Shown here piece after piece: positions 31,820 to 40,878 of a DNA stretch of 64,000 nucleotides. Positions within the stretch are counted from its first letter, which is position 1; every line of letters begins with the position of its first letter. This stretch comes from Acidiferrobacterales bacterium (GTDB lineage: Bacteria; Pseudomonadota; Gammaproteobacteria; Arenicellales; Poriferihabitantaceae), in NCBI GenBank assembly GCA_019633985.1, contig JAHQWE010000005.1:11331-75330 (forward strand), in the 5' to 3' direction. The position numbers and the translations under genes were made by a program. The notes under the pieces were generated by a model. The model was given only the letters and a program-made list of their open reading frames with translations. It was not told the DNA's origin and searched no databases.

Positions 31820-31858
31820 AGGTTCGACCCGGTTGTTAGGGTCGAACCTTTATAGTTT
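31820..31858 (+). terminator. Intra-operon hairpin / weak terminator after ctaD
   Basis: Perfect 11-bp stem AGGTTCGACCC/GGGTCGAACCT followed by TTATAGTTT. Confidence 0.55.
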
Positions 31859-31916
31859 AAGAGCTGCATATCAGTTTGTGTTCTCCCAAGAGCTGATCCG
31901 AACGACGATTTGATTC

Positions 31917-32036
31917 GTGAATATTGCTGGAAATAGTTTGAAAAAGAGCGTCAAAATCACCGTAGCTATTTTATTTGCTGTGGCGATTGGCATTTATTTT
32001 GGATTTTTGTACTTGATGACATCGGCTGCCATCTGA
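31917..32036 (+). CDS. 39-aa single-TM protein (putative oxidase small assembly factor)
   Basis: MNIAGNSLKKSVKITVAILFAVAIGIYFGFLYLMTSAAI. Lies between ctaD and ctaG. Alternative TTG start at 31938. Confidence 0.6.
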   Translation: MNIAGNSLKKSVKITVAILFAVAIGIYFGFLYLMTSAAI

Positions 32037-32074
32037 GCGTGTGACGCTGCACCGGCCGTAAGTCCTGCTTCAAT

Positions 32075-32650
32075 ATGAAATCAACCCACATACAAATGAG
32101 AAGATTGAGCCCCCGAAAACGCGAAAAAGCGGCGGGTAAAGCAAATCTTCCAGTATTGTTCTTGATACCTGTTCTTATGTTTGGATTCGGTTACCTGATG
32201 GTGCCGATATATAACGTCCTTTGTGACATCACCGGTTTGAATGGAAAGACGGGAACAATCAGTGTAGCTGAGGCTTCCAGTATCGAAGTGGATAAAAACC
32301 GTCTGATCAAAGTCGAATTCAGCGGTAGCTTGAACGAATATGCGCCATGGGAATTTAAGCCGACCGTTACCAGTATGATGGTGAATCCCGGCAAACAGTA
32401 CAAAACCAGTTACACCGCAACAAATAAATTACAGAAACAGTTGGTAGGACAGGCGGTTCCCAGCGTTTCCCCTGGCCGCGCAGCCAGTCACTTCAACAAA
32501 ACAGAATGCTTTTGTTTTGTTGAGCAAACATTTGAAGCTGGTCAGACAATGGATATGCCATTAGTGTTTATTGTTGATCCTGATCTACCTGCTGACGTTG
32601 ATACTGTGACGTTGTCCTATACGTTTTTTGATGTCACTAAGAAAATTTAA
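32075..32650 (+). CDS. ctaG: Cytochrome c oxidase assembly protein CtaG/Cox11
   Basis: MFGFGY..VP.Y..LC.ITG and FNKTECFCF. Confidence 0.95.
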   Translation: MKSTHIQMRRLSPRKREKAAGKANLPVLFLIPVLMFGFGYLMVPIYNVLCDITGLNGKTGTISVAEASSIEVDKNRLIKVEFSGSLNEYAPWEFKPTVTSMMVNPGKQYKTSYTATNKLQKQLVGQAVPSVSPGRAASHFNKTECFCFVEQTFEAGQTMDMPLVFIVDPDLPADVDTVTLSYTFFDVTKKI

Positions 32651-32680
32651 TTTGAAATACGAGAGTCGAGGTTTATAAAA

Positions 32681-33547
32681 ATGGCAAGCACTGCTGAAAA
32701 CCACTATTACGTGCCCGAAGGCGCTTACTGGCCACTTGTAGGGTCAGTTGGTTTGGCAACAACTACTGGTGGTCTCGCTGCCTGGTTGAATGAGAGTTCG
32801 CTTGGACAACCGATATTTTATGTCGGTATGGCAATTCTGGTTATTATGATGTTTGGCTGGTTCGGTACCGTGATTCGCGAGAGTGAGTCAGGGCAATACC
32901 GCCCTTGGGAGGACAAGTCTTTCCGCCTTGGGATGAGCTGGTTCATCTTCTCAGAAGTCATGTTCTTCGCGGCGTTCTTTGGCGCACTGTTTTATGCCCG
33001 CGTCTACTCTGTGCCATGGATACTGGGTGAAGGTGCCGGTGCGAATACTCATGAGTGGCTTTGGAGCTCGTTCACTGAAATCTGGCCAACCAATGGTCCC
33101 GCGGATATGGGAGGAAGTGACTTTCATATGGGTTGGTGGCCGCTGCCGTTTCTTAATACCGCTATCCTGTTGACCTCAGGTGTGACGGTCACGATTGCGC
33201 ATCATGCCGTTATCAAAAATGATCGAACTCGGTTTATTCTAGGCCTTGCAGCGACCGTTGCCCTGGGTTTTATCTTTGTATACTTTCAGATGGTGGAGTA
33301 TCAGGAGGCGTATCACGAGGGGATGACTCTGCAAAGTGGTATCTATGGCTCGACTTTCTTTATGCTGACGGGGTTTCATGGATTTCATGTCTCGATGGGT
33401 GCGATCATTCTGCTAGTTGTTCTCATTCGTGCGATTCGTGGCCACTTTACTCCAACGCGCCATTTTGCGTTTGAAGCAGCAGCCTGGTACTGGCACTTCG
33501 TAGATGTGGTCTGGCTGGGATTGTTTATATTCGTGTATATCTTGTAG
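32681..33547 (+). CDS. coxC: Cytochrome c oxidase subunit III
   Basis: FIFSEVMFF, LTGFHGFHV, WYWHFVDVVW. Confidence 0.97.
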   Translation: MASTAENHYYVPEGAYWPLVGSVGLATTTGGLAAWLNESSLGQPIFYVGMAILVIMMFGWFGTVIRESESGQYRPWEDKSFRLGMSWFIFSEVMFFAAFFGALFYARVYSVPWILGEGAGANTHEWLWSSFTEIWPTNGPADMGGSDFHMGWWPLPFLNTAILLTSGVTVTIAHHAVIKNDRTRFILGLAATVALGFIFVYFQMVEYQEAYHEGMTLQSGIYGSTFFMLTGFHGFHVSMGAIILLVVLIRAIRGHFTPTRHFAFEAAAWYWHFVDVVWLGLFIFVYIL

Positions 33548-33574
33548 TCGTTAGTTTCGAACGATCTTGATCGC

Positions 33575-33603
33575 AAAAAACGCTGCCAATGGCAGCGTTT
33601 TTT
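33575..33603. terminator. Bidirectional Rho-independent terminator
   Basis: AAAAAA-CGCTGCC-AAT-GGCAGCG-TTTTTT between convergent genes. Confidence 0.85.
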
Positions 33604-33629
33604 CTTTATGTTATTAAAGAGTAGCCCGA

Positions 33630-33842
33630 TTACTCTCCGAAACCATGGGGCATGATAACGCCGAATTTGGCGCCGACAAATATCAACAAGAGTAAAAACA
33701 AAGACAAGCCAATTCGGATTGTCAGAGACTTTGCTACCGATGCTGCGTTGTCTGGGCTCTTCACCATGTAGTAGAGCGCGGTAAATAGACTGACTAAAAT
33801 AAATATTAGCAGGATTACGATAATTAGTTTGAACAACAGCAT
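33630..33842 (-). CDS. Twin transmembrane helix small protein (DUF2909)
   Basis: SL..ALYYM, SLTIRIGLS, G.I.PH. Usual antisense position in cox clusters. Confidence 0.85.
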   Translation of the reverse strand: MLLFKLIIVILLIFILVSLFTALYYMVKSPDNAASVAKSLTIRIGLSLFLLLLIFVGAKFGVIMPHGFGE

Positions 33843-33902
33843 GAAGCATTTCCGGGATAAAAGCAGAGGCCAAGGGGAGAGTAGACAAACAGGCCTGACG
33901 CA

Positions 33903-34628
33903 ATGATTATAAGTGCAAAGGTAGCGATCGCCTATTTGTTGTTTTTTATTGGCCTGGCAATATTGTTCACTCTGGGATGGTGGCAACTAACCAGGGGGTT
34001 AGAAAAAGCTTCGATAGAGTCGCTCAGCGAAACGGGGAAAACGAATCCCATTGTTCAGGTAGACAAAAATCAGGAATGGGAACAACTATCTTATCGAACT
34101 GTTGAATTAGAAGGTCGATGGCAATTTCGTGAAACCATGTTGTTGGAGAACCGTCTTTACGAGGGACGACCCGGATACGAGGTGTTGGTACCTTATGAGT
34201 TGGTCACTGATAAGAGCTGGATTCTGGTGAATCGCGGTTGGATTAAACAGCAATCAATACAGCCGGGTGGAAGTCATGCAGATCTGCTAGACAAGAATTT
34301 GTCTGTTGCACCCCGCGGGCAACTATATCTGCCTGAACTTGGTTTTACTTTGGGGGAAACACTGATTCAGCCACTCACCAAACCGATCCGGTTCTTGTAC
34401 TATGATTTTTCGACGCTATCTGGTGTCTTAGAACATGACCTTGTTCCCGCCGTTCTTGTGCTTGATTCTGATCATCCCGCGAGCTTTCAGCAAATATGGA
34501 AGCCTGGCGCAATTTCTTCAGAACGTCACTATGCGTATGTCGCACAATGGTGGGGGTTGGCACTGACGCTTTTTATCTTTGGCTTAATCTGGCGAAAACG
34601 CCATCTGAAATCTATTCTCCATGACTGA
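33903..34628 (+). CDS. SURF1-family protein
   Basis: LGWWQL.R, VNRGW, H.AY..QWW. Confidence 0.92.
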   Translation: MIISAKVAIAYLLFFIGLAILFTLGWWQLTRGLEKASIESLSETGKTNPIVQVDKNQEWEQLSYRTVELEGRWQFRETMLLENRLYEGRPGYEVLVPYELVTDKSWILVNRGWIKQQSIQPGGSHADLLDKNLSVAPRGQLYLPELGFTLGETLIQPLTKPIRFLYYDFSTLSGVLEHDLVPAVLVLDSDHPASFQQIWKPGAISSERHYAYVAQWWGLALTLFIFGLIWRKRHLKSILHD

Positions 34629-35250
34629 ATCTTCAAACCAACCTGATCGAATTTCGGCAAGTGATATCAAACGTAGCCGATTCAAATTTCTGGCGGTGCT
34701 TGGTTTCTTTTTCGTCCCTTTTTTCCTCGCCATTGTCGGCTATTTTTTCTTTCCGCATTTGCTTTATTCAGGAGGGCGGGTCAACAATGCACCGCTAGTG
34801 GAGCCAGTTGTCACGCTGGAGCCGTTCACCAATTTGCAGCTAAATCAGCAGCAGCTCACACTGGAGAGTTTGCAGAAGAAATGGACCGTGGTGCATCGAC
34901 TGGACCAGCAATGCGACGAAAGCTGCGAGGTGTCTCTGTACAATACGCGCCAGATACGAATAGCGTTGGGAAAAGATACCAACAGGGTACAAAGAGTCCT
35001 TCTTGGAAGTGACGTGGGCTTACTGGAAGCTGCCGGAAATGACCATCCGGATATTAAACTGGTTTTGCGTATCAGTGAGGGGTTGGATTCGCAGCTCTCA
35101 ACAATCGTTGCTCGAGAAAAACTCGGACCTAACGATGCGCTCTTAATTGATCCTCTGGGCAACGTCATGATGGCGATACCGTCGGATCTCAATCCGACTA
35201 AGTTGCTCAAAGATCTCAAGAAATTGCTCAAGCTTTCAAAAATCGGCTAG
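34621..35250 (+). CDS. Thioredoxin-like membrane protein associated with oxidase assembly
   Basis: N-terminal TM, CDESC...LY..RQ, IDPLGNVMM, KDLKKLLK.S.IG. Confidence 0.75.
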   Translation: MTESSNQPDRISASDIKRSRFKFLAVLGFFFVPFFLAIVGYFFFPHLLYSGGRVNNAPLVEPVVTLEPFTNLQLNQQQLTLESLQKKWTVVHRLDQQCDESCEVSLYNTRQIRIALGKDTNRVQRVLLGSDVGLLEAAGNDHPDIKLVLRISEGLDSQLSTIVAREKLGPNDALLIDPLGNVMMAIPSDLNPTKLLKDLKKLLKLSKIG

Positions 35251-35261
35251 TACAATGTGTT

Positions 35262-36095
35262 GTGGTTGACTCTAACGCTCGCCTTAGTGCTCTGATAGAT
35301 AGCAAGAGCAGCATCCTTGTACTGACAGGAGCAGGCATCAGTGTTGACTCCGGTATCCCTCCTTATCGTGATCATACTGGCACCTGGTTGGGCAGTGAAC
35401 CGATACAACACCAGGAGTTCATTGATCACGAGTCTCGTCGAAAACGCTACTGGGCCCGCAGTGCAGTAGGATGGCCAGCAGTTGCCAAAGCGAAACCCAA
35501 TGACTCTCATCGAGTTTTGGCGAGCATGGAACGCGCCGGCATCATTTCTCTTTTGGTGACGCAAAATGTAGATCGACTGCACCAAAAGGCGGGACATCAA
35601 AAAGTCATTGATTTGCACGGACGGCTAGATCAGGCAAGATGTTTGTCATGCGAGAATCAGGTTGAGCGATCGGCACTGCAACAGGAGATATTGTCGATGA
35701 ATCCCTTTCTAGCTGATTTGGAAGCGTCGCTTGCTCCAGACGGAGATGCTACGGTAGAAAATGATCTCATCGATATGGTTTCAGTACCTCATTGTCAGCG
35801 GTGTGGTGGCGTTCTTATGCCTAGTGTGGTGTTTTTTGGCGGTGCGGTTCCAACCTCACGTGTTACTGCAGTGACCGCTGCTTTAGAGCAATGCGATGCT
35901 CTACTCGTGATTGGTACCTCGCTGATGGTTTATTCAGGTTTTCGATTTTGCCGCCAGGCCCATGCAATGGGAATTCCCATCATTGCGATCAATCAGGGGG
36001 AAACACGTGCCGACGCGATGCTGAGCGCCAGAATAATCAAGGACTGCAAAGAAACTCTTGTGGCGTTCGCCGCGGATATCAAGATTGACTTCTGA
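35262..36095 (+). CDS. NAD-dependent protein deacylase (class II sirtuin)
   Basis: GAGIS..SGIP.YR, RYWARS, TQNVD.LH, LHG, two CxxC, GTSL.VYSG.RF. Confidence 0.92.
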   Translation: MVDSNARLSALIDSKSSILVLTGAGISVDSGIPPYRDHTGTWLGSEPIQHQEFIDHESRRKRYWARSAVGWPAVAKAKPNDSHRVLASMERAGIISLLVTQNVDRLHQKAGHQKVIDLHGRLDQARCLSCENQVERSALQQEILSMNPFLADLEASLAPDGDATVENDLIDMVSVPHCQRCGGVLMPSVVFFGGAVPTSRVTAVTAALEQCDALLVIGTSLMVYSGFRFCRQAHAMGIPIIAINQGETRADAMLSARIIKDCKETLVAFAADIKIDF

Positions 36096-36286
36096 TGGAT
36101 GCCCGCGGAATTGAAAAGCACGATGTTAAACCATCGCTCGGCTTTGATTCACTATCTGCGATCTCGATCTGAAAAGTCAGTCGATATATCGATATAATCA
36201 TCGTTCATGTTGCAATTCCGGGGAATTAATACGCTGCTGGCGTGTCCGATGGTTTCGCTTCACTATCCAATTTTGCCCCGATACTC

Positions 36287-36559
36287 ATGACATCTGACAA
36301 ACCTGATCTCACCCTATATGTCCGCGACTACTGTATGTACTGTAATCGCGTATTACGCACCGCCGACGAACTCGGAATTAGGCTGGAAGTTCGGAATATC
36401 TGGCAGGAACCAGAATTTGAGAAGGAATTAGTTGGCGCAACGGGTCGATCGACGGTGCCGGTGCTCAGAATTGATCAAACTGATGGGACGGAACGATGGA
36501 TGCCAGAATCTTCAGATATCGTTCGTTATCTACAAACCGAAATTAGCTCGACCGCCTAG
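36287..36559 (+). CDS. Glutaredoxin-family protein
   Basis: CMYC, TVPVL, WMPESSDI. Confidence 0.88.
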   Translation: MTSDKPDLTLYVRDYCMYCNRVLRTADELGIRLEVRNIWQEPEFEKELVGATGRSTVPVLRIDQTDGTERWMPESSDIVRYLQTEISSTA

Positions 36560-36689
36560 ACTACAATCATTGTCACAGGTGTTAGGAAAACCCTAGGCCC
36601 TGAGAGTTAAGGTAAAAACCCAAAACGATATATCTGTGGTTTATCAGTGAGGTTTGGGTTCAACCTGCTAAGATTACTGCAAAGGGGGT

Positions 36690-37421
36690 TTAATCTAATC
36701 CGCGGTTTTTGAGCCACGCCCTAATGGTTGGAGTTTGTCGCCTGCTTATTTCAATCGTGTCTTCTATGCCACGAAAGAACACACACCATTGACCATCTTC
36801 ATTTTTTTCTAATCCTTCAAGATGCTCTGTGGAAATTAACGCATTGCGATGCACCCTTAGAAAGTTTTCCCCAAGCTCAGATTCAAGATTATTCAACGTG
36901 TCGTTCATTAAATATTCTTCTTTCAGGGTTTTCACCATGACATATTTGTTTTCCGCTTTGAGGTAACAAATATTTTGAATCGGAACCAGCTTGATCTTTC
37001 CCTTCTGACTGATTGAAATATGCATACTGCGTGAAGTTTTACGCAGTGACTCCGTCTGGGTTTCACTGATTGGATTGGCTTTTTGCAGCGCTCTTTTCAG
37101 ACGATCTATCTGCACTGGCTTAAGTAGATAGTCGATTGCATTGGCGTCAAATGCCTCCAGCGCGTATTCGCTGTATGCCGTCGTGAAAATTACGGCAGGC
37201 GTCTTTTCCAGTGCAGAAAAATGGTAAACCAATTCGATTCCACTAATGCCAGGCATTCGAATATCCACTAACGCTGTGTCTGGCTCGTGTTTTTCACAGA
37301 AATCGATGGCCTGTTGACCGTTTTCGGCTTCAAAGACTTCCGCGCTTGGATCGATGCGCAGCAGCAATTCCTTGAGTCGCGCACGAGCGAGAAACTCATC
37401 ATCAATTACCAGATACTTCAT
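36690..37421 (-). CDS. algR: LytTR response regulator (AlgR-like)
   Basis: IDDE.LAR, DIRMP, AIDYLLKP and LytTR RVHRNAL. Adjacent to algZ and argH. Confidence 0.85.
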   Translation of the reverse strand: MKYLVIDDEFLARARLKELLLRIDPSAEVFEAENGQQAIDFCEKHEPDTALVDIRMPGISGIELVYHFSALEKTPAVIFTTAYSEYALEAFDANAIDYLLKPVQIDRLKRALQKANPISETQTESLRKTSRSMHISISQKGKIKLVPIQNICYLKAENKYVMVKTLKEEYLMNDTLNNLESELGENFLRVHRNALISTEHLEGLEKNEDGQWCVFFRGIEDTIEISRRQTPTIRAWLKNRGLD

Positions 37422-37578
37422 TCTTTCATCTTCTTGTATATACGTCCTGCATTTGCTCGCGTCGATAACTTCGTTGGCTAAAGATCGCTCGCAATCAATT
37501 TCTCGTTGATAATTCTTCGGCACGAGAATATCGATATATAACAGTCCCCCCTCACAGGGTGCGTTTGGTTGTGCATAG

Positions 37579-38628
37579 CTAGAGTGGTAGCCTGATGGTC
37601 ACTGTGTATCGCTCATCCGCTTCGTGGGCGTCAAATGTCCCTCGGCTTCCGAAGGTTCGATAAATACGATCTCTCAGGTTTTCTTGGGCTACTTTGTTTC
37701 CGCTACTGCGTTTAATACTTCCTTCCGGTAGTGGATTGGCGATTTGGATAATGAGCTGCTTGTCGATAATTTGCACACTCATATTGATCCTGCCACCTTT
37801 AAATCTGGTTTCAATTCCGTGATAAACCGCGTTTTCTAGAAGCGGCTGTAACAGCAATACGGGAACCATGACTCCCAAAGAATCTGGATCAATCTTGCTG
37901 GCCACCTGGAGCCTCTCCCCCAACCGGGTTTTCTCCAGAAAAAGGTACTTGTCAGCGAGCTCAAGCTCGGCCTTCAAAGGCACAAGCTCTCGTTTGTCAG
38001 CCATCACGACCCGGAACACATCAGCGAGATTATATAATGCTTTTTCCGCCCGTGCCGGGTGCAAACTAATTAGGTGTGCAACGCTGTTGAGCGTATTGAA
38101 AAGAAAATGGGGTCGGATTCGGAAGCCAAGATTGGAATACTGGCTGGATTCGGAGGATTGCACCAGTGCCCTCACAGAGTGGACCTCCTTCTCGGTCCAA
38201 AAAAATGGAAATCCTAGAATCAGGGCCATGAGTAACAAAATACTGGTGGACTGCAGGTGGATAAAGCGGAAGATAGGGAGATTAGAGCTGGACTCGAATC
38301 GACCGACAATTAGGTATGTCACGACATAAATTGCAGCCGCGACAACCACCACTAAAAGCCAGGCCAGGCAAACACCAATAAGCGGCTTCATTTGAGCAAT
38401 GGTGTCGTTAAAAAAACGCAGTAACAAAAGTGACAGGAGAACGAACAACGATGTCATCACGATTTGACCAATGACTTGCTCAAAGGAAATCGCCGCTTGC
38501 CAATTGGCGCTCCAGTGGATTGCCCAACACACCAACAGCCCCAAGACTACCGCAACCGCAAACCTCAAGGGAAACTTGCCATTGTCGAAATCCAGCTGGA
38601 AATGATCGTTGACCAACATGTTGTGCAA
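37579..38628 (-). CDS. algZ: Sensor histidine kinase (AlgZ/FimS-like)
   Basis: About 4 TM segments, RIRPHFLFNTLN, LQPLLENAVYHG. Confidence 0.85.
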   Translation of the reverse strand: MHNMLVNDHFQLDFDNGKFPLRFAVAVVLGLLVCWAIHWSANWQAAISFEQVIGQIVMTSLFVLLSLLLLRFFNDTIAQMKPLIGVCLAWLLVVVVAAAIYVVTYLIVGRFESSSNLPIFRFIHLQSTSILLLMALILGFPFFWTEKEVHSVRALVQSSESSQYSNLGFRIRPHFLFNTLNSVAHLISLHPARAEKALYNLADVFRVVMADKRELVPLKAELELADKYLFLEKTRLGERLQVASKIDPDSLGVMVPVLLLQPLLENAVYHGIETRFKGGRINMSVQIIDKQLIIQIANPLPEGSIKRSSGNKVAQENLRDRIYRTFGSRGTFDAHEADERYTVTIRLPL

Positions 38629-38860
38629 ATAGGGTGGTAAATTAAACTGGTGCCGAACTGGTTGCAGCTACACCTATTTTTCTTCTCTCCTCGGCGGTGA
38701 AAATACCATATTCTCAGACTAGAAAGACAGATTGTGTGTTTAAACACACGATATAAGCCGAATTAGTGTAATTTGATTGGCATCAATCGAAGGACAGAAT
38801 ATCATCCCACGGGTAGTGGTTTTGTCATGAAACGGGTTGCTTCAGCTTTTCTGTCCGGCC

Positions 38861-38889
38861 AAAAAAAACTCCCCTGCAAGCAGGGGAGT
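38861..38889 (-). terminator. Rho-independent terminator of the candidate sRNA
   Basis: ACTCCCCTG-CTTG-CAGGGGAGT plus a T8 tract on the minus strand. No credible CDS ends here. Confidence 0.85.
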
Positions 38890-38976
38890 AGAATTATTTG
38901 ATCGGGTCAAACAGAATGGGGGTTCTGCTGAAGGGGGTAAAGACCCGACTAGCGGGTGGTTCGACCGACCCGCAAG
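38861..38976 (-). ncRNA. Candidate small regulatory RNA with C-rich loops
   Basis: Three consecutive helical domains, two single-stranded CCCCC tracts, an intrinsic terminator, and a TAGTCT -10-like box just upstream. Confidence 0.6.
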
Positions 38977-39105
38977 CCAAGTAGACTACGTTAAATTTCG
39001 TTTTTCAAATCTTTCCGACAAAAGGTACTTTTTTGCCGTTGAGCAGTCGTTTGCTTCCGCTCTGGTTCAAAAACACCTGAATTTTTTACTTAAAATAGTA
39101 GTTCA

Positions 39106-40506
39106 ATGCCGCAATCTAACAACCTAAAAAAACTGTGGGGCGGTCGCTTTAGTGGCTCTACCGACAGCCTGATGGAAGCCTTTTCCGCGTCCGTGAATTT
39201 TGACTGGCGTCTTTATCGACAAGATATTCGAGGCTCTCTGGCACATGCACGAATGCTGACCGCTGTTGGTGTTCTCAGCGAAGAGGAAATGCACCAAATT
39301 GACAATGGCCTCAGACAAATCGAGAGTGAAATAGACGCGGGGGACTTCCAATGGTCTTCGGCATTAGAAGATGTGCATATGAATATAGAGGCAGCACTGA
39401 CGGAGCGAATCGGAGAGGCAGGTAAGAAACTGCATACTGGACGCTCTCGGAACGATCAAGTGGCGACGGATATGCGGCTTTATTTACGCGAAGGTGTTGA
39501 TGACGTTTGCGATGTTCTCACTCGATTGCAGCGAGCATTGATTGAATTGGCAGAGCAGCACGCTGAAGACATTATGCCAGGCTTCACTCATATGCAAAGT
39601 GCGCAGCCTGTCACACTTGGTCATCATCTACTTGCCTGGAACCAGATGTTGCAAAGAGATTATGAGAGGTTTAAGGATTGTCGGAAGCGCATCAATATCA
39701 GCCCGCTGGGTTGTGCGGCCCTGGCAGGTACAAGCTACCCTATTGATCGAACTATGACTGCAGAAGCTCTCGGTTTTGACTCTGTAGCAACAAATAGTTT
39801 AGATGCGGTGGCAGATCGAGACTTTGTAATTGAATTCAATGCTCATGCAGCCCTGTTGGCAGTACATTTGTCACGAATTGCCGAGGAGTTGGTGCTTTGG
39901 TCAAGCGGGAATTTTGATTTTGTGGATCTGGGTGATGGGTTTTGCACGGGCTCCAGCATTATGCCGCAAAAGAAAAACCCGGATGTGGCGGAACTGATTC
40001 GGGGTAAAGCAGGTCGGGTAAACGGAAATTTGATGGCTCTATTGATGCTAATGAAAGGTCAGCCATTTACCTACAACCGTGACAATCAGGAAGATAAAGA
40101 ACCGATGTTTGACACGTTGGACACCTGTCTCATCTCGCTGGAAGTGCTTGCCGCTATGTTTCCCCAGGTGAGATTCAAAACAAATGTAATGCATAAAGAA
40201 GCGGCAGACGGCTATGCTACAGCGACTGACCTGGCTGATTATCTGGTTCGCAAGGGGCTGGCATTCAGAGACGCGCATGAGGTTGTTGGCAAGGTAGTAG
40301 GAATGGCAATTCTCGATAAAGTTTCACTTGATCAAATACCCCTTTCTCAATTTCAACACCACTGTGACGCGATCGAATCGGATGTTTATGAGGTGCTCAC
40401 TGTGGAAGGTTCTGTCAAAGCCAGAAATCATATTGGTGGAACGGCACCGGAGCAGGTTAAAATCGCGGTACAGGATGCGAAGTCGTTACTGGCGAGTCGC
40501 AGCTGA
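39106..40506 (+). CDS. argH: Argininosuccinate lyase
   Basis: [27 protein letters not shown]. Confidence 0.98.
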   Translation: MPQSNNLKKLWGGRFSGSTDSLMEAFSASVNFDWRLYRQDIRGSLAHARMLTAVGVLSEEEMHQIDNGLRQIESEIDAGDFQWSSALEDVHMNIEAALTERIGEAGKKLHTGRSRNDQVATDMRLYLREGVDDVCDVLTRLQRALIELAEQHAEDIMPGFTHMQSAQPVTLGHHLLAWNQMLQRDYERFKDCRKRINISPLGCAALAGTSYPIDRTMTAEALGFDSVATNSLDAVADRDFVIEFNAHAALLAVHLSRIAEELVLWSSGNFDFVDLGDGFCTGSSIMPQKKNPDVAELIRGKAGRVNGNLMALLMLMKGQPFTYNRDNQEDKEPMFDTLDTCLISLEVLAAMFPQVRFKTNVMHKEAADGYATATDLADYLVRKGLAFRDAHEVVGKVVGMAILDKVSLDQIPLSQFQHHCDAIESDVYEVLTVEGSVKARNHIGGTAPEQVKIAVQDAKSLLASRS

Positions 40507-40587
40507 TATCGCTAAAGAGAACACGAATCCAACCCCTGAACGGTGGAACAACTTTCGCGCCGAACGACTTACTGGAAGAATAGAGAG

Positions 40588-40731
40588 ATGATGAAAAACT
40601 GGTTTAAATCAATACTGATAGTGGTGGCATTCGGGTTTTTCCTTGGAGCATGCGGTCAGAAGGGAGATCTTTATCTGCCGGAAAGTGAGACTGCGACCGA
40701 GGAAGAAGAGCAAGGCGAAAACACGGAATAA
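40588..40731 (+). CDS. lptM: Small lipoprotein LptM (YifL/LppL)
   Basis: Lipobox LGAC followed by GQKGDLYLP, upstream of lysA. Confidence 0.88.
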   Translation: MMKNWFKSILIVVAFGFFLGACGQKGDLYLPESETATEEEEQGENTE

Positions 40732-40878
40732 CTTAACTTCCCTCAATCAGTCGATTGGCATTTGCCGCTGGCGCTCCTCTTCACTCCAGGAGATTCCTAC
40801 CCCCGAAGTTTGTCCGTGAAGGGGACAGCGTTTTTTTAGCACGCTTTATATTTACCCATACAACCCGATCAGTGCTCG

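Noticed and set aside
7674-36559. Selenoprotein versions of msrB, msrA, DsbA-like or glutaredoxin genes
   Set aside because: All catalytic positions are ordinary Cys codons in uninterrupted frames.
38837-39127. 96-aa ORF upstream of argH
   Set aside because: No motifs or RBS; it runs across the hairpins, which are better explained as a minus-strand RNA.
40732-40878. Lysine riboswitch upstream of lysA
   Set aside because: The spacer is too short for the aptamer plus expression platform and lacks its conserved motifs.
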